From Octopus sinensis (lineage: Eukaryota): DNA of 64,000 nucleotides. A program made the translations under genes and the position numbers. A model generated the notes under the pieces. That model was not told where the DNA came from. It made no database searches and saw nothing but the letters and a program-made list of their open reading frames with translations. The DNA lies in contig NC_042998.1 in assembly GCF_006345805.1 (NCBI RefSeq), forward strand, positions 36,456,001 to 36,520,000. The letters are read 5' to 3'. This document shows, piece by piece, positions 12,961 through 25,844 of the stretch; positions within the stretch are counted from its first letter, which is position 1, and the number at the start of each line of letters is the position of its first letter.

Positions 12961-14194
12961 GCATTGACACCCAAATACAGAGAGCTATGCAGATAGTTCT
13001 ATGTACCTGCATATGTACACTTTATTTGATGGCCGTTCACTCTTTTCTCTGTCGCTTCACATTCTGACAAGTTTTTTTTCTTGTCTCTTCGGATTTCTAA
13101 ATGTCACACTACACCTACCCCGCCACCACAAGCAGTGTTGGTGAGGTTGCCACAGCTTGGTTCGCAGATCTCTGCTTAGTAGAGTGCAAATTTAAAACAC
13201 ACACACACACACAATATCAATTACACATTTACACATGTACAATCACACAAATATATGACGTAAATTGATATCCATTGCAATTTTCCAACTTAAATGTATT
13301 TCTGCTCAGAAATCTGAAACTACAACCAGCTTTGCCATGAGTCTTACAAACTGAAGCATTTTTACCATACTCTCTACTGGCTTTCAAAACTCGTTCTATC
13401 CATCTGTTTAACCACAAAGTCGACTTCAGTTTTGCTAGATTTAAACTTTAACCTTCACAGAAACATATTACACCATTTAGTTACATCCTTATGAATAAAT
13501 ACCTCACGTTGATTAATTTCATTAATTCATTGCGACAAAAACAAGATTTCTGCATAGTTATTCTAGCTCTCTTCACCTTTTCAGACATAGTGTTCTTGGA
13601 CCAGATGTGTTGACTTATGGACTGAACATGTAAACTTCACATTTAATCAACCACTGCCCTATATGAACATTATACAATGGAAATAAACTCTTATAATTTC
13701 CTTTTTGTAAAAGGAAGTTTTAAGAATCTAAATGCTATCCCGCTTTAGATGAGTGATCTCAATGAAAGAATAAACGATAGTTTTAAAAATGTAGTGACAA
13801 AAAAAAAATATATACCTCATGACATACACATATCCCAATGGGGGTCACATGTATTTTGGACCTAATTGCTTTCTTCATGTTAGCTACGATTTACTAGAAG
13901 GTAAGCTGAAAGCAAGAAGGCAGTGATCAGATGAGTTTTTAGGTATAGGTAGACTTACTTACCGTAAAGATATACAGTCATCAGAATTTAGAAAAAGCTC
14001 GGTCGATATTTTGTAGCCGAACGAGTGATACGTTAGAACCAGGGATAAATGAAATTAAAATGTGACAGCATTACTGTTATTCAGAACTATGTCAGCGAAC
14101 AGAAAAGGTTAAAAGAATTGCTCGCCAAAAGTGTTTGCATCTCGCAGAATTAGCGTGAGTATTGAATATTGATATCCATCACGATATATAGTAC

Positions 14195-15713
14195 ACAAAT
14201 ATTAAATGCCTGCAGTATTCGTTAAGGATAAAGTTACGATATATTGTAATTAAGAGACTATATCATATTTCCCCTCTACTTTTTTTACTGGGGACTTTAT
14301 GTTTGTTCCTGTAAAAATCCTTTATAGTGCAAATATGTATACATGCATATGTGTTGTCTATCTATATATGTTATACTGTGTGGCAATTGTGTGATATATA
14401 GTAAGAGACAACTCAATATTGAGTATAGTTGTGATCTACTGCTGCAAGAAGGACAAACACACACACACACACATCAGTATGAATGTTACATATAACTCTG
14501 ATCAAATTTGGCTTCTTCGTGAGGTATACCGATAAGAAAAATGCTATGTAACGGTGTCTGAAACCCTATGAATTAATGAATGTTAATGGTGGTTAATTTG
14601 TCAACTAAATTCAAAGAAACAAGTAGCAGGAAATGATTTTTAAAACAATAGCAAAAAGAAAAAAAAAGAAAGTCAAGTAATAACATTTAAATATAATTAG
14701 AACACATGCGAAACGAAAACCTCAAACTCAGAAGGATAAATACTTTACAAGTAACTAACGAAAGAGAAAACTGAAAAAAAAAAAAAATAACATAAAGAAA
14801 AAAAATCTAAACAAAACATGTACAGAAAAACAAACGAAACAGAATTATTTCCCACTGGTCTGGTATCTTGTTTAAGAAGTTTTCTCGAAACCATAGATTT
14901 CTTTATTTTTGAAACTAGTTACCAAATCCTTTCAACTACTTTAATTTCATGCGATGCCGTATCACTCACATACATACACTTAAAAGTATTTAAAAATAAA
15001 GCGAAAACAATACAAAAAACAAATACAAACATGCACACACACCACTTGAAAACATTTGTAAAACATATGTACATTCATAAAATAAAACACACGAACGTAC
15101 ATATTCATATACAGAAAGACAATTTGTTTTAAGCATACGAATCTAACATCCAGTACACCCACACACACAAAAAAAATCCACATAGAAACAGACACACGAG
15201 CGCACACATGGACATTTACTAACAAACGCACTTATTTCGACAGATATGATCACATACGAGAGAGTGGACAGCGTTAATACGGAGCCTGAATTAAGCAATA
15301 TTGTCCTTTTATTAATATAATGCAATTACGTTTTGACTTAACCTATAAATTTGGCAGGAATATTCTTTTGTTACTGTATTAGCTGCGGTCGTAATCAAGT
15401 TGCGTTTGTTCGCTCTTTTCAATTAGTGTTTTCCACAAGTAGTTGTTGTCATTTCCTTTTTTTCTTTATTTCTTTTATCGTTCGTTCGTTCTCTGTGTTT
15501 TTTTTTCTCTTGCGGTCCAGCCAGTAAAATTGAATGAAAAATAAATATATACATGTATATGTGAATAAAATAAATATCAACATACCGAGTTTTGATCGAC
15601 ATCGCAGAGAAGTGAACGCTAATTTAGAGAGCGCAAATACATTTGCGCACATACATTTACATACATATACACATAGATACATAGATATGCATATACATAC
15701 ATACATACATACA

Positions 15714-15747
<34 letters not shown>

Positions 15748-15775
15748 CACACATCCATGCATTCATATACGTGAC

Positions 15776-15850
<75 letters not shown>

Positions 15851-16303
15851 TATATGTATATATATATAAAGATATTATATATTTCTATATATATGTATAT
15901 ATGTATCATTGTTATTGCTATTGTTACTATAGTTTTGTTACTTGTACAAAAAAGTAAAGCATGATGGCAGAATAATGAATTTACGCTGTTAGGCAGCATC
16001 AGCACGCTGCTTTTCTTGTCTAAAACTTGAAATCGAAAATTACGGATTTTGTGAAGCATTCCCAAGCAAAAATGCTTGCTTATCTCTGTTTGTAGAAAAT
16101 CCATATTGCACAATTGCCACACAATATAACATATACAGATAGATAACACATATGCATGTATACATATTTGCACTATAAAGGATTTTTCCAGGAACAAACA
16201 TAAAGCCCTCAGTAAAAAAGTAGAGGGAAATATGATATAGTCCCTTAATTACAATACATCGTAACTTTATCCTTAACGAATACTGCAGGCATTTAATATT
16301 TGT
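14195..16303. repeat. ~195-bp inverted repeat pair (14195-14390 / 16110-16303) around a 1.7-kb spacer
   Basis: ACAAATATTAAATGCCTGCAGTATTCGTTAAGGATAAAGTTACGAT...GTGGCAATTGT recurs as its reverse complement at over 90% identity by eye. Confidence 0.9.
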
Positions 16304-16359
16304 CGTCCGATTGCTGTTACATTGTAATTATAAAACGATATGAATAATACCAGGACGAA

Positions 16360-16600
16360 ACATTATTTCCGTTCAGAACAGGTTTCAACATTTTAATGAA
16401 AAGTTTTCTTCTTTTATTTTCCTTCCAGCCTCAGTTGTGTTCTGTAGTTTGTAAAAAGGTAAAATTAGAAGCACTTTCTGACCACATGTTTCTATAGGTT
16501 CGCTTAGTGGAATTTGGTGAACATTAGTGTTCCGGATATGTCGCCTGTGGACTCGTGAGCATTCCGATAATGCATTCCCTGTGTTGCCTTGGAATTTGGT
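16360..16600 (-). pseudogene. PLE GIY-YIG endonuclease C-terminal remnant (Neptune-like)
   Basis: QGNTGNALSECSRVHRRHIRNTNVHQIPLSEPIETC...PFYKL...RKIKEENF..MLKPVLNG aligns with the endonuclease ends at 28002-28397 and 41.9-42.2 kb. Confidence 0.8.
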
Positions 16601-16627
16601 AGACTGAAGCTGAAGGAAGACTTTTGC

Positions 16628-16664
<37 letters not shown>

Positions 16665-16689
16665 CATATACTGAGAAAGAGAGAGAGAG

Positions 16690-16850
16690 GAAGAAATTTG
16701 AGGTTTACAGAAAAACAAAAGACGAAATTAGGTGTATAAACAATAGGCAGGTGTATTCGTTTGACACTCGGGAAGGTGAAAATGTCCTTTACGTTTCGAG
16801 CCAATGCTCTTCAGCAGAAAGGAATATGAAGAAAAAACTTAGAAAAAACA
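16690..16850 (-). mobile_element. Short repeat family X with a hammerhead-like motif, ending in (TA)n
   Basis: CCTTTCTGCTGAAGAGCATTGGCTCGAAACGTAAAGG plus downstream tail, homologous to 21120-21300 and 32377-32498. Confidence 0.65.
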
Positions 16851-17389
16851 AAAGTTCAAAAAAGTTCAAAAAGGTTCAAACGTCGCGGTGTATTGGAACG
16901 GTTATTCTTCAGCGGAAGAGTCCAGGGTAATCTATATGTATATCCAGTAGTACTCCAGGTGGAATGCTGGTGTGTAGATGCAGGCTCTAATTTCTATAGC
17001 ATAACCGGAGAAATAACTTTAGAAAGAGATATTTAATTTTTCTCAAATTGAAGAAGTGAAAATTTAGAAAGTCTGGAATCAAATAATTTTGATCTCACTA
17101 TTCTGGGAGGACCTGCAAAACTTTTGTTCGCTGTCCCTGCTCTTCTAACAATTTTGTGAAAAAAATTCACTTCTTAAATAACAAGCTGCTCAATAAAAAC
17201 TATCAACTGACAAGATACGACAAACAGAATATTAGCAGCAACAAATAAGAGGTCAGATATCTCTAATAATTGAAACCTTATGTTTCGTAATTGAAAATGT
17301 TGACATTTTATTTTCTCTTAACAAATCTAAATATTTCAATTTTTTTCATAATTAAATTTCGTGTTTCTTTACGCTTTCAATTTAAATAT

Positions 17390-17394
17390 GGATA

Positions 17395-17431
<37 letters not shown>

Positions 17432-17464
17432 GTATGTATGTATATGTATATATATATGTATGTT

Positions 17465-17539
<75 letters not shown>

Positions 17540-17791
17540 TATATACATATCTATATATACATGTATACATGTATACATGTATACATACATATGTATATAT
17601 GCGTATTTGTCTGCCTGTCTCTATCTCGCTTCGCACATACAAACCCAGAAACACACACACTCATATATGTGTAAACATACTTTCAAACATACAAACACAT
17701 ATATATATTAGTTATTCCATGAAGAAGAATTGAAATATCATAATAATGTTAAATGTTGCCACAATTATGTGACACCAGAATATCTGTTTCC

Positions 17792-17883
<92 letters not shown>

Positions 17884-17885
17884 CC
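17390..17885. repeat. (TA)n and (ATCT)n microsatellite block
   Basis: Direct reading. Confidence 0.9.
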
Positions 17886-18400
17886 TATGTCTGTCTGTCT
17901 ATCTATATGTTTATATAGTATTTACCTTAAAAACCAATATAAAACTTTTGACATAAAACCGTAAAACACAGTCCACTCTCATAGGTATGTTTTTCAATAT
18001 CTCATTGCAGCTACTTCGAAGCACTTAAAATAGAATAGTCTAATTAGTGAGAGACACCTCAAGCGATAAACATTTCTGCACTTGTCTCTAATCTTTTTAG
18101 CCTATAACTTCACTTCTGTAAATATTTAGAAGTAGGTGGCTATTTTATGGTGCACAGTAGGCAAATCTGAGGAGCGATAAAGTCTTCTGTTATACAGAAT
18201 TACAAATATTTCAGAGTTTAATTTGTTACAGCAGGCGTAATTTGTGGGTGTACTGAAGAGATATGATCGTCTCGTTACTTTTATCGTTGGGCAAATCCTA
18301 CAAAATTTAATTCGCTCCTATAATGAGAGGACGGGGTAAGGGCATGATGCTATGTTAATACTAAAAACATTACAGGGTAAAGGTTTAATTCAGTGGGTGT

Positions 18401-18647
18401 AAAAATAATAATAAATGCGCCCTTTTAAAGCCTAGCCAGGCTCATGGGCCCGGTTTCCCGGTTTCTATGGCGTATGTGTTCCCCAACTGGGCAGGACCTC
18501 AGTCCACCGCAGCGTTACTCATTTCTGCCAGCTGAGTGACTTGAGCAACGTGAAATGAAGTGCTTTGCTCGAGAACACAACTCGTCGCCCTGTCCAGGAA
18601 TCGATCATGATGCTGACAACCCCAGCCACTAAGCCACGCGCCTCCAC
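18401..18647 (-). mobile_element. tRNA-derived CORE-like SINE with 14-bp TSD
   Basis: Head GGAGGCGCGTGGCTTAGTGG, core TTGTGTTCTCGAGCAAAGCACTTCATTTCACGTTGCTC and a (TTA)n-like tail. TSD AATTCAGTGGGTGT at 18387-18400 and 18648-18661. Confidence 0.85.
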
Positions 18648-18872
18648 AATTCAGTGGGTGTTTGGAGATTATTTACAGCTACAGTATTAATCAAGTGAGT
18701 ATATCTGGCTACGAATGAATTAGCAAGTGTTTTCTTTTTCCATATGGGGATTGAGGATAAGACAGTATGACAGGAGGAGAAAGAGTTGTGCACATTTGTA
18801 AAACTATTTATATTGTAACACGTACATCAAATTATATTTTTGTTTTTAGATACTTAATAGTTTCTGGTCAAA

Positions 18873-19090
18873 AGGCAGCGTGCTGACAGAATCGTCAGCA
18901 GACCAAGCAATATGCTTAGCGGCATCTCGTCCGCCTGTATGTTCTGTGTTGAAATGCCGCCGAGGTCGACTATGCCTTTCATCCTCTCGGGCTCGATTAA
19001 ATAAGTACCAGTTGAGCACTGAGGTTGATGTAAGCGACTTATCCTTTTCCTCGAAAAGGCTGTCCTTGTGCCGAAATTCGGAATCAATAT
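18873..19090 (+). mobile_element. SINE family A, short-tail type
   Basis: Head, B-box remnant, GAGGTCGACTATGCCTTTCATCC core and CCTTGTGCCGAAATT tail. Confidence 0.85.
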
Positions 19091-21119
19091 TTGGTGTGAA
19101 AAGTATTTTCCTAAAATATATAATTGCTATTTTTTTTTAAATATAAAAGATAATATAATATATTTGGAATTGCATTTAAGACTTTCAGTGTTTTTAAAAC
19201 GCATTATAACAATGCTTTGAACTTCGTGATCAGAAATTGGCTTAGATTCCAATTTCCAATTTGATATCAATAAACTATATTTTCATAATAATTCATATTT
19301 AATGCTCAATAATACAACAAATTAAATAAATCATACGCAGCATTGCGGATAACAGTATAAGTAAACAGTTGTATATTTGGAATGAATGTGGCAGCGCAGG
19401 AACTCAAGGAACTATTCTTAAGATGCATCACCACAGGAAGATTTGAACTTCGTCTGGTGTATATACAATGTGCATCAAACTTGGATACTGACCATTTTCA
19501 GTTCTATAGTTAGGAAGATTTTAGAACTCATTAGCGCGAGTTTACAAACCTCCCATCATTGCGCTTCTCACATTTCTGATTCTTCCCTAATACTGGTACT
19601 CATTGGTTCGTAAATTTTAGAAACCACTAGAGTTCATATACATAATTGGTGACCGTAACCCAATAACTTTGCTACTATATAAACCGTCAAAATATCTGCT
19701 GATTTCTCGGTTGTCAATGGATATGATCAAATATCATTGGTGGTTATGTAGCTAATTAAAAATTCCCAGTCGGGTAGTACCTGCAAAAAAGAAAAATATT
19801 CTCAAAAATAGTAGCTGATACGTTCAGAAACTTTATGTGATCTGTACGGAATTTTTACTATCTCTCGTGCGAAATAATATTGCAAAACAAAACCTTAGCA
19901 ATTTGCAAGCGTTATTAAATTTGAAAACAGTTCTACAAACAAAGCAGAAACCTATGAGAAAAGTCCTCCTTTTCACGGATTATCTTTTTCTATATTATTA
20001 GTGTTTTTTTTTTTTACAAACATCTACACACATATACATACAAATACAAAGGAGGACTGAAGACACACTTAAAATGTACATAACCACTCACATATCTCTT
20101 ACTAGACATTTCTCCCGTTATATCATTATTCGCATGATTACACTTTAATGGTGTGGCCAATTATTATAGAACAAAATTCTTAGTTATGCCCGAAAGCTTC
20201 TGCAAGTCATTATATTGCTAACAATTTACAACAACAATAACAACCGCTACCAGAAAAACAAAAGAATATTTACGTGAAAATACAAGAAAAACAATTGCTA
20301 CGGCAACATAAAGAGATTAGTTTATAATTGTTTTTATGATATAGTCAAGGATTTCATAGGTGAATGTATTTTCTTATTAAGTCTCGAAGAAACAAAAACA
20401 TTTGCTGTAGGGATTAATGTATTAGATTTGCTAAGTTGAGTTCTTAGTCGATTTAATGGTGTTTTCTTGAAAAGGTGTAGAAACGGTCTGACCAAAACAT
20501 TTCTGTCTTTGTCCTTGTTTACAAGCAAAAAAAGTAGAATGGTTAAATTTGATCAGAAAAAAATACCATTCGCAACTTAGTTTTCACTCCTAGATGAAAC
20601 CATTTCATTATAGACACGAGCATATATACTCATTTACTTACACACACACACAAACACACACACACTCACACACACTTGCATGTACAACGGACGGTAGTTT
20701 GCTCACCTAGGCAACGTTTTGCATTTGTAATGAGGACAGCAGTTGATGAATGCCGTCTCTTAGAATTCAACATTGTCTTCAGTGGTACTCTACCGGAATA
20801 TCATCTGTACTTCAATTATTACAGTCCAATGAAGCCTCTTATATTCAAAATCTGAAGTCAACGTTCTAGCTACATCTCTGTCTGCCTGTCTGTCTGTCTG
20901 TCTGTCTCCCTCTCTCTGTATATATATCTCATGATTGCTAGCGATCATCACTTCATAAGTATTAACACTAATACTAACACAAATTAATGGATTCCAAGCA
21001 TATTAATCAATATGGAGCTAAACCGCTGTGCGCTTGGATAATATGCATCCCTGTTAAAGCGCAACCTCTTTTCATTCAAAACTTCATTTATATATATATA
21101 TATATCGTTAGCCATTACA

Positions 21120-21300
21120 GACATTTTTTTCTCTCTTTGTTTCTCTCCTTCTTTTTTTCTTCTGTGTCCCTTTCTGTAGAAGAGCGTAGGCTCGAAACGT
21201 AAATGACTTTTTCTATTCCTGAGTGTTATACTAATACATGTGTTTGTTTTGTACACCACCTGTCTTCGTTTTTTGTTTTTTTCGTAAACTCTCCCTATAC
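21120..21300 (+). mobile_element. Short repeat family X with a hammerhead-like motif, ending in (TA)n
   Basis: TTTCTGTAGAAGAGCGTAGGCTCGAAACGTAAA at 21171-21203 followed by TTCCTGAGTGTTATACTAATACA tail. Confidence 0.65.
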
Positions 21301-21429
21301 ATATATATATATATATATAGTACGCTGTTAAATAGGAACATTGTGATGTGAGAGATTACAACGTTGGACAGCTGAATAAAACAAGATGGAAGACGTCATA
21401 TGAAAAGTTATCGAACAATTGTTTATACC

Positions 21430-21790
21430 GCAAAAATTAACCTCTAGACGACATTTGTTTGACAAAGTCTACAATATAGACGCTGATGACGAAACCCATA
21501 AGCAACGAAGAACCGAAAGTATATATTGGCGAAAATGAATTGGCATTTAAAAATCGATACAATAACCATAAATATTCATCCGTTAACGTTGATATCTTGC
21601 GTCTTCATCTTTGTCGAAATTTATATGTTCCTACGCAAGGGAAGAATACGCGAATTAAAATTACTTGGTTGGTTTCGCATAAAGCACAAGTTTATAGGAA
21701 ATGTAGCTTTACACGTAAAATGCAGTATGAGCATTGAGCGAGAAAATAGGAAATTTGTTCCAAACATTGTCAGGGTCGTTGTAAACATGA
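21430..21790 (+). pseudogene. PLE GIY-YIG endonuclease remnant of a second, non-Neptune type
   Basis: PLDDICLTKS...KVYIGENELAFKNRYNNHKYS...KITWLVSHKAQVY...CSMSIERE fits the CPLxxxCL / YIGxTExxFKxRYNNH / IxW type of PLE endonuclease. Confidence 0.72.
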
Positions 21791-22329
21791 TAGAAAATTA
21801 TTTTTTATGTAAGTATTATCAAGCATGAGTATGACGATTCTTCACATAAAAAGAGGAAATTGAAAACCTTTATTTCGAAGTTGCAATACACTTTTGACGA
21901 CTATTATGAAGAATTTGCTTGAACAGCAAAAACCCATCTTGTATTACGCTAGTTTCTATATCCAAAGATTCATAAAAGACTCAGACGTTTAGCTATATTG
22001 TGTAGAAAAGAGAGCCAGGAAGGAGATGGAGAATGTGATCTCTATAGAGTAATTTTTATAAAAACATTCCTCCCGTGTCTTTTTTCTTTATAAAGATATT
22101 AAAACACGTGTTATTTCCGGCACGCTGTCTTATAAGAAACATATTGAAACATTTTATTATTTAAGAGTTATCAAGCTAATTCACATTGTCAGCAGAAAGA
22201 TTGGTGATATGAAATTCGAAATACTGGAAAATTCAAAGCTATTCCGTTAAGATTAATTCAAGAAAGAATACTCTACGCTTAAACGTTTACTTATTTATCG
22301 CTTCCTGGTTAATATATATATATATATAG

Positions 22330-22381
<52 letters not shown>

Positions 22382-22614
22382 TCCTTTCCAATTATTAGAG
22401 TTTGATGCATCATCTTTCGTTGGTAATTTCACAATGAGTCCTTTTTTCTAGTCGTTCGATATTTCCTCACTGATTAAGATATTTTGTAAAATATTTAGCA
22501 AAATAATTGGTAATGCTTTGACCACTGCTTTAAGCATTTCATTACGAACTCCGATTGATCATGATGATTTTCCATTTTTCTAATTTACAGATACCTTTTA
22601 CGACTTCGTTTACC

Positions 22615-22935
22615 GTGACCAACACAGCAAGGCTAACGTGCAACCAATAAGAAAAACTATTTATACAGGGAGAGGAAAAATGGCCGGGTTGAATTTGTCG
22701 CTATAAAACGAATTCAATTGTCAGGATCGCCTTGCATTGGGTTCCACAAGGTAAAAGCAGACGTGGCCAACAAAAGGAAACGTGGCGGAAAACAGTAACA
22801 AAAGATCTTAAAAGCCGAGAGGGTTAACAATGGAATAAGCTATCAAAGACGCTTTCAGTGTTAGCAGGTGGAATGATCTTGCTGTCGCCTCAAGTGATAC
22901 AAGACGCAATGAGAACCGAATGAATGAATGAATAA
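22615..22935 (+). pseudogene. 3' end of an RTE-type LINE
   Basis: [36 protein letters not shown] resembles the RTE C-terminus (ALxWxPxGKRxRGRPKxTWRRTV); ends in a (TGAA)n tail. Confidence 0.7.
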
Positions 22936-22969
22936 CATATACACACATATACATATGTATATGTATATA

Positions 22970-23064
<95 letters not shown>

Positions 23065-24306
23065 ATATATATACATACATATTGTATGCTGTCTCTATCA
23101 ATACTGACGTTCAAAAGACTTGTATGAAACATCTGAACTTCTATATATTTTCTCTTCATTTGATGGTTGGGGTCCAACAGCAGCCCCAGGCAAATCGGCA
23201 AGTATTGTGTGCTGCTATTTTGGTAGAAAGTTTTTCTATGGAAACAGTGTGGACTTTACTCGGGCACAGTCTTGATGAACATTTGACATATTTTCTTGTG
23301 TGTGCGAATTATGTTTCAGGTTATATATTTAGAGACTTGTTGCATTTCCTATTCATAAGATTATATATTTTTCAGCTGCTGTTATCGATTTACATGAAAG
23401 AGCCCCACCGATGCAAATATGATAGACATTTCGATATTGTCACTACTGGAGACATTTTATACATTGATAACAACAGCACCAACAGAAAAAAAATCGAAGA
23501 ACTAAAATATACAACGTGTACCGTTTATGCATTATCGACTTATTTCTTATTTATCCCAATATTGAAATACGTCAAATACCAAAAAGGTACGATATTCAAA
23601 TATGGATATTTCTAATGCACAACTTTTAAGCAATTATGCATTCTCTACATCATGTTATTTATAAATCTAAGAATGTCATAGATGATGTGTAGAATGATAT
23701 AAATACTATAAAATATGTAAATTAAACTTTACCAGATTCACATAATATATATTCACTACGCATAATTTATGCAGCATCTGTCAGTTACGTTGGATTTTCT
23801 ACATTCTCTCAACATACTATTGAACCTCACAAAGATTAAATTTACGATAATGCATTGACATTTTTGAAGAGATAATGAATTATTTAAACATTTCGTCTTA
23901 ATTCTGGAAATGTAAGATAGAAGCATTAATCATTTTTTATGTGTAGTCGCAGTATCGACAAACTAATTTGGAAGGCGTAAAATTATTCCATCGTAGATCT
24001 GAAGTTACGTGAATATGAGACGTCAATGTTTTTAAATGAAAACCTCATTGTTGTTGTGCCGTCTCAGACCATAATTATTTGAAGAGATCCATGATCAAAG
24101 GATTTCTAGCAAGGACTTGTGTTTTTGTAGGGCATCCGGTACTACATTATCTTCTGTATTCGCCACATTTTCAAGTGTTTTTTGAAGAATTTTTGGCCGT
24201 TATTTTAAGCAGACTAAATGACCCCATAGGAGCTTGGTTACTGGAACGAATCTACAACTGGAAGAACAAAGTTTTTTGAAGTAAGTTATTATTGTTTTTG
24301 TTATTA

Positions 24307-24726
24307 GCGGTGAGCTGGCAGAATCGTTAGCAGGCCAGACAAAATAGCTAGCGGCATTTCGCCCGCCTTTTCGTTCTGAATTCAAATTCTGTCGAAGTCA
24401 ACTTTGTCGTTCATCTTTTCGGAGTCGATAAAATAAGACCCAATGAAGCACTGGGATCGGTATACCCTCTCCCCCGAAATTTCTGGCCTTGTGCCAAAAC
24501 TTGAAATGAATATTGGTTTTATATTCTGGCACAAGGCCAGTAATTTCGAGGGAGGGGTTAAGGTGAATATTTCGACCCCAGTTGTCAACCGGTATGGATT
24601 TTATCGACCCAGAAAGAATTATAGGTAAAGTCGACCTCGTAAGAATTTGAACTCAGAACTAAAGGTGGGCGAAATAATGCTAAATATTTAGTCTAGTCTC
24701 ATAACGATTCTGCCACGTCACCGCCT
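24307..24726. mobile_element. Tail-to-tail inverted pair of family A SINEs (+ 24307-24514, - 24515-24726)
   Basis: Forward copy GGTGAGCTGGCAGAATCG...CTGGCCTTGTGCCA abuts reverse copy TGGCACAAGGCCAG...CGATTCTGCCACGTCACCGCC. Confidence 0.85.
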
Positions 24727-25844
24727 TTATATCTGGCAATATTAACCAGGGTTCATTATATCTGTATTACATGGTCTTTCTCTTTTAATGCCAATCGATA
24801 ATTTTCCAGGCAAGGAGCTTTCTGACAAAAGAGCGAATAAATTTTAGCGCCTAAAGGAGTCATGGAATTTTCTAAAACCTTTTAGTGAGTTTATAAAAAT
24901 GCTGCAGTTAAAATGTCTATAAGGTGTAATTATTGTGGCCCATGGTCACCTGTCTTTAGGCCCGGCTCAAATCAGAGGATTGTGAAATTCTTTATTCTTA
25001 CATCGAATGATCATTTTATTTAAAGTAGTATGAAGATGATATTCGTATCAACCCAAACTGTAGATTAATAAAAAACAAAAACAAAAAAGCAGTGAGACAC
25101 AGTCAATAACGATGCATTATATTCCATTTAGATTAATGGTAAATAGTTCAATTTTATTTCTTTATAGAATAATAGTGTATCTGATACAAACAGTCAACTA
25201 CGTATCTGATATAAACAGCCGACTATCAATCAAATCCCTTCTCTCAAAACCTTTCGGAATTTGTATAAGTATTATTCCACTTTGTAACTCTATCGTTGCA
25301 GTTTCCTGCATAAGAGGAAATTTTCGTTTTTTGATTTGGTTTTTAAGATTCTTTATATGAGTTCGTGTGTTGAAGCACATTCTGTGGTGTCTGGGGAGAG
25401 TCATTTTCTTTTTGTGCCTTATAATGTAACACACTCACCGGTAAAATTTCCCCCTTTTTTTCTTATTTTTATTTTCCTAAAAATCTTCGCTAATTTACAA
25501 TAACACCTGCGGGATAAAACGTCATAGACAGAATCCGTTCCATATAACTACGGCATGGGATGATGACTCTGAAGCTTGTGGATTAATAGAATTCTATATG
25601 TTCGACTTGTTTTTCATGTTATTTGTCTTCACTGAATAAGGTTTTAACGTGCAGATGGGCATTGCAAAGTACGAAGCATAAATGGCTATATAATTAATAT
25701 TCATACTAAGGGGTTTATAGACATATTGGAAAAGATTCAAGCTAAAAAGAATCAATGTCTTAGAGATAACTTTTGAGCATAGTAATGGTAAATACTATCG
25801 TTATCGTTAATCTCAATCGGATTAATATAGTATATATATATAGT

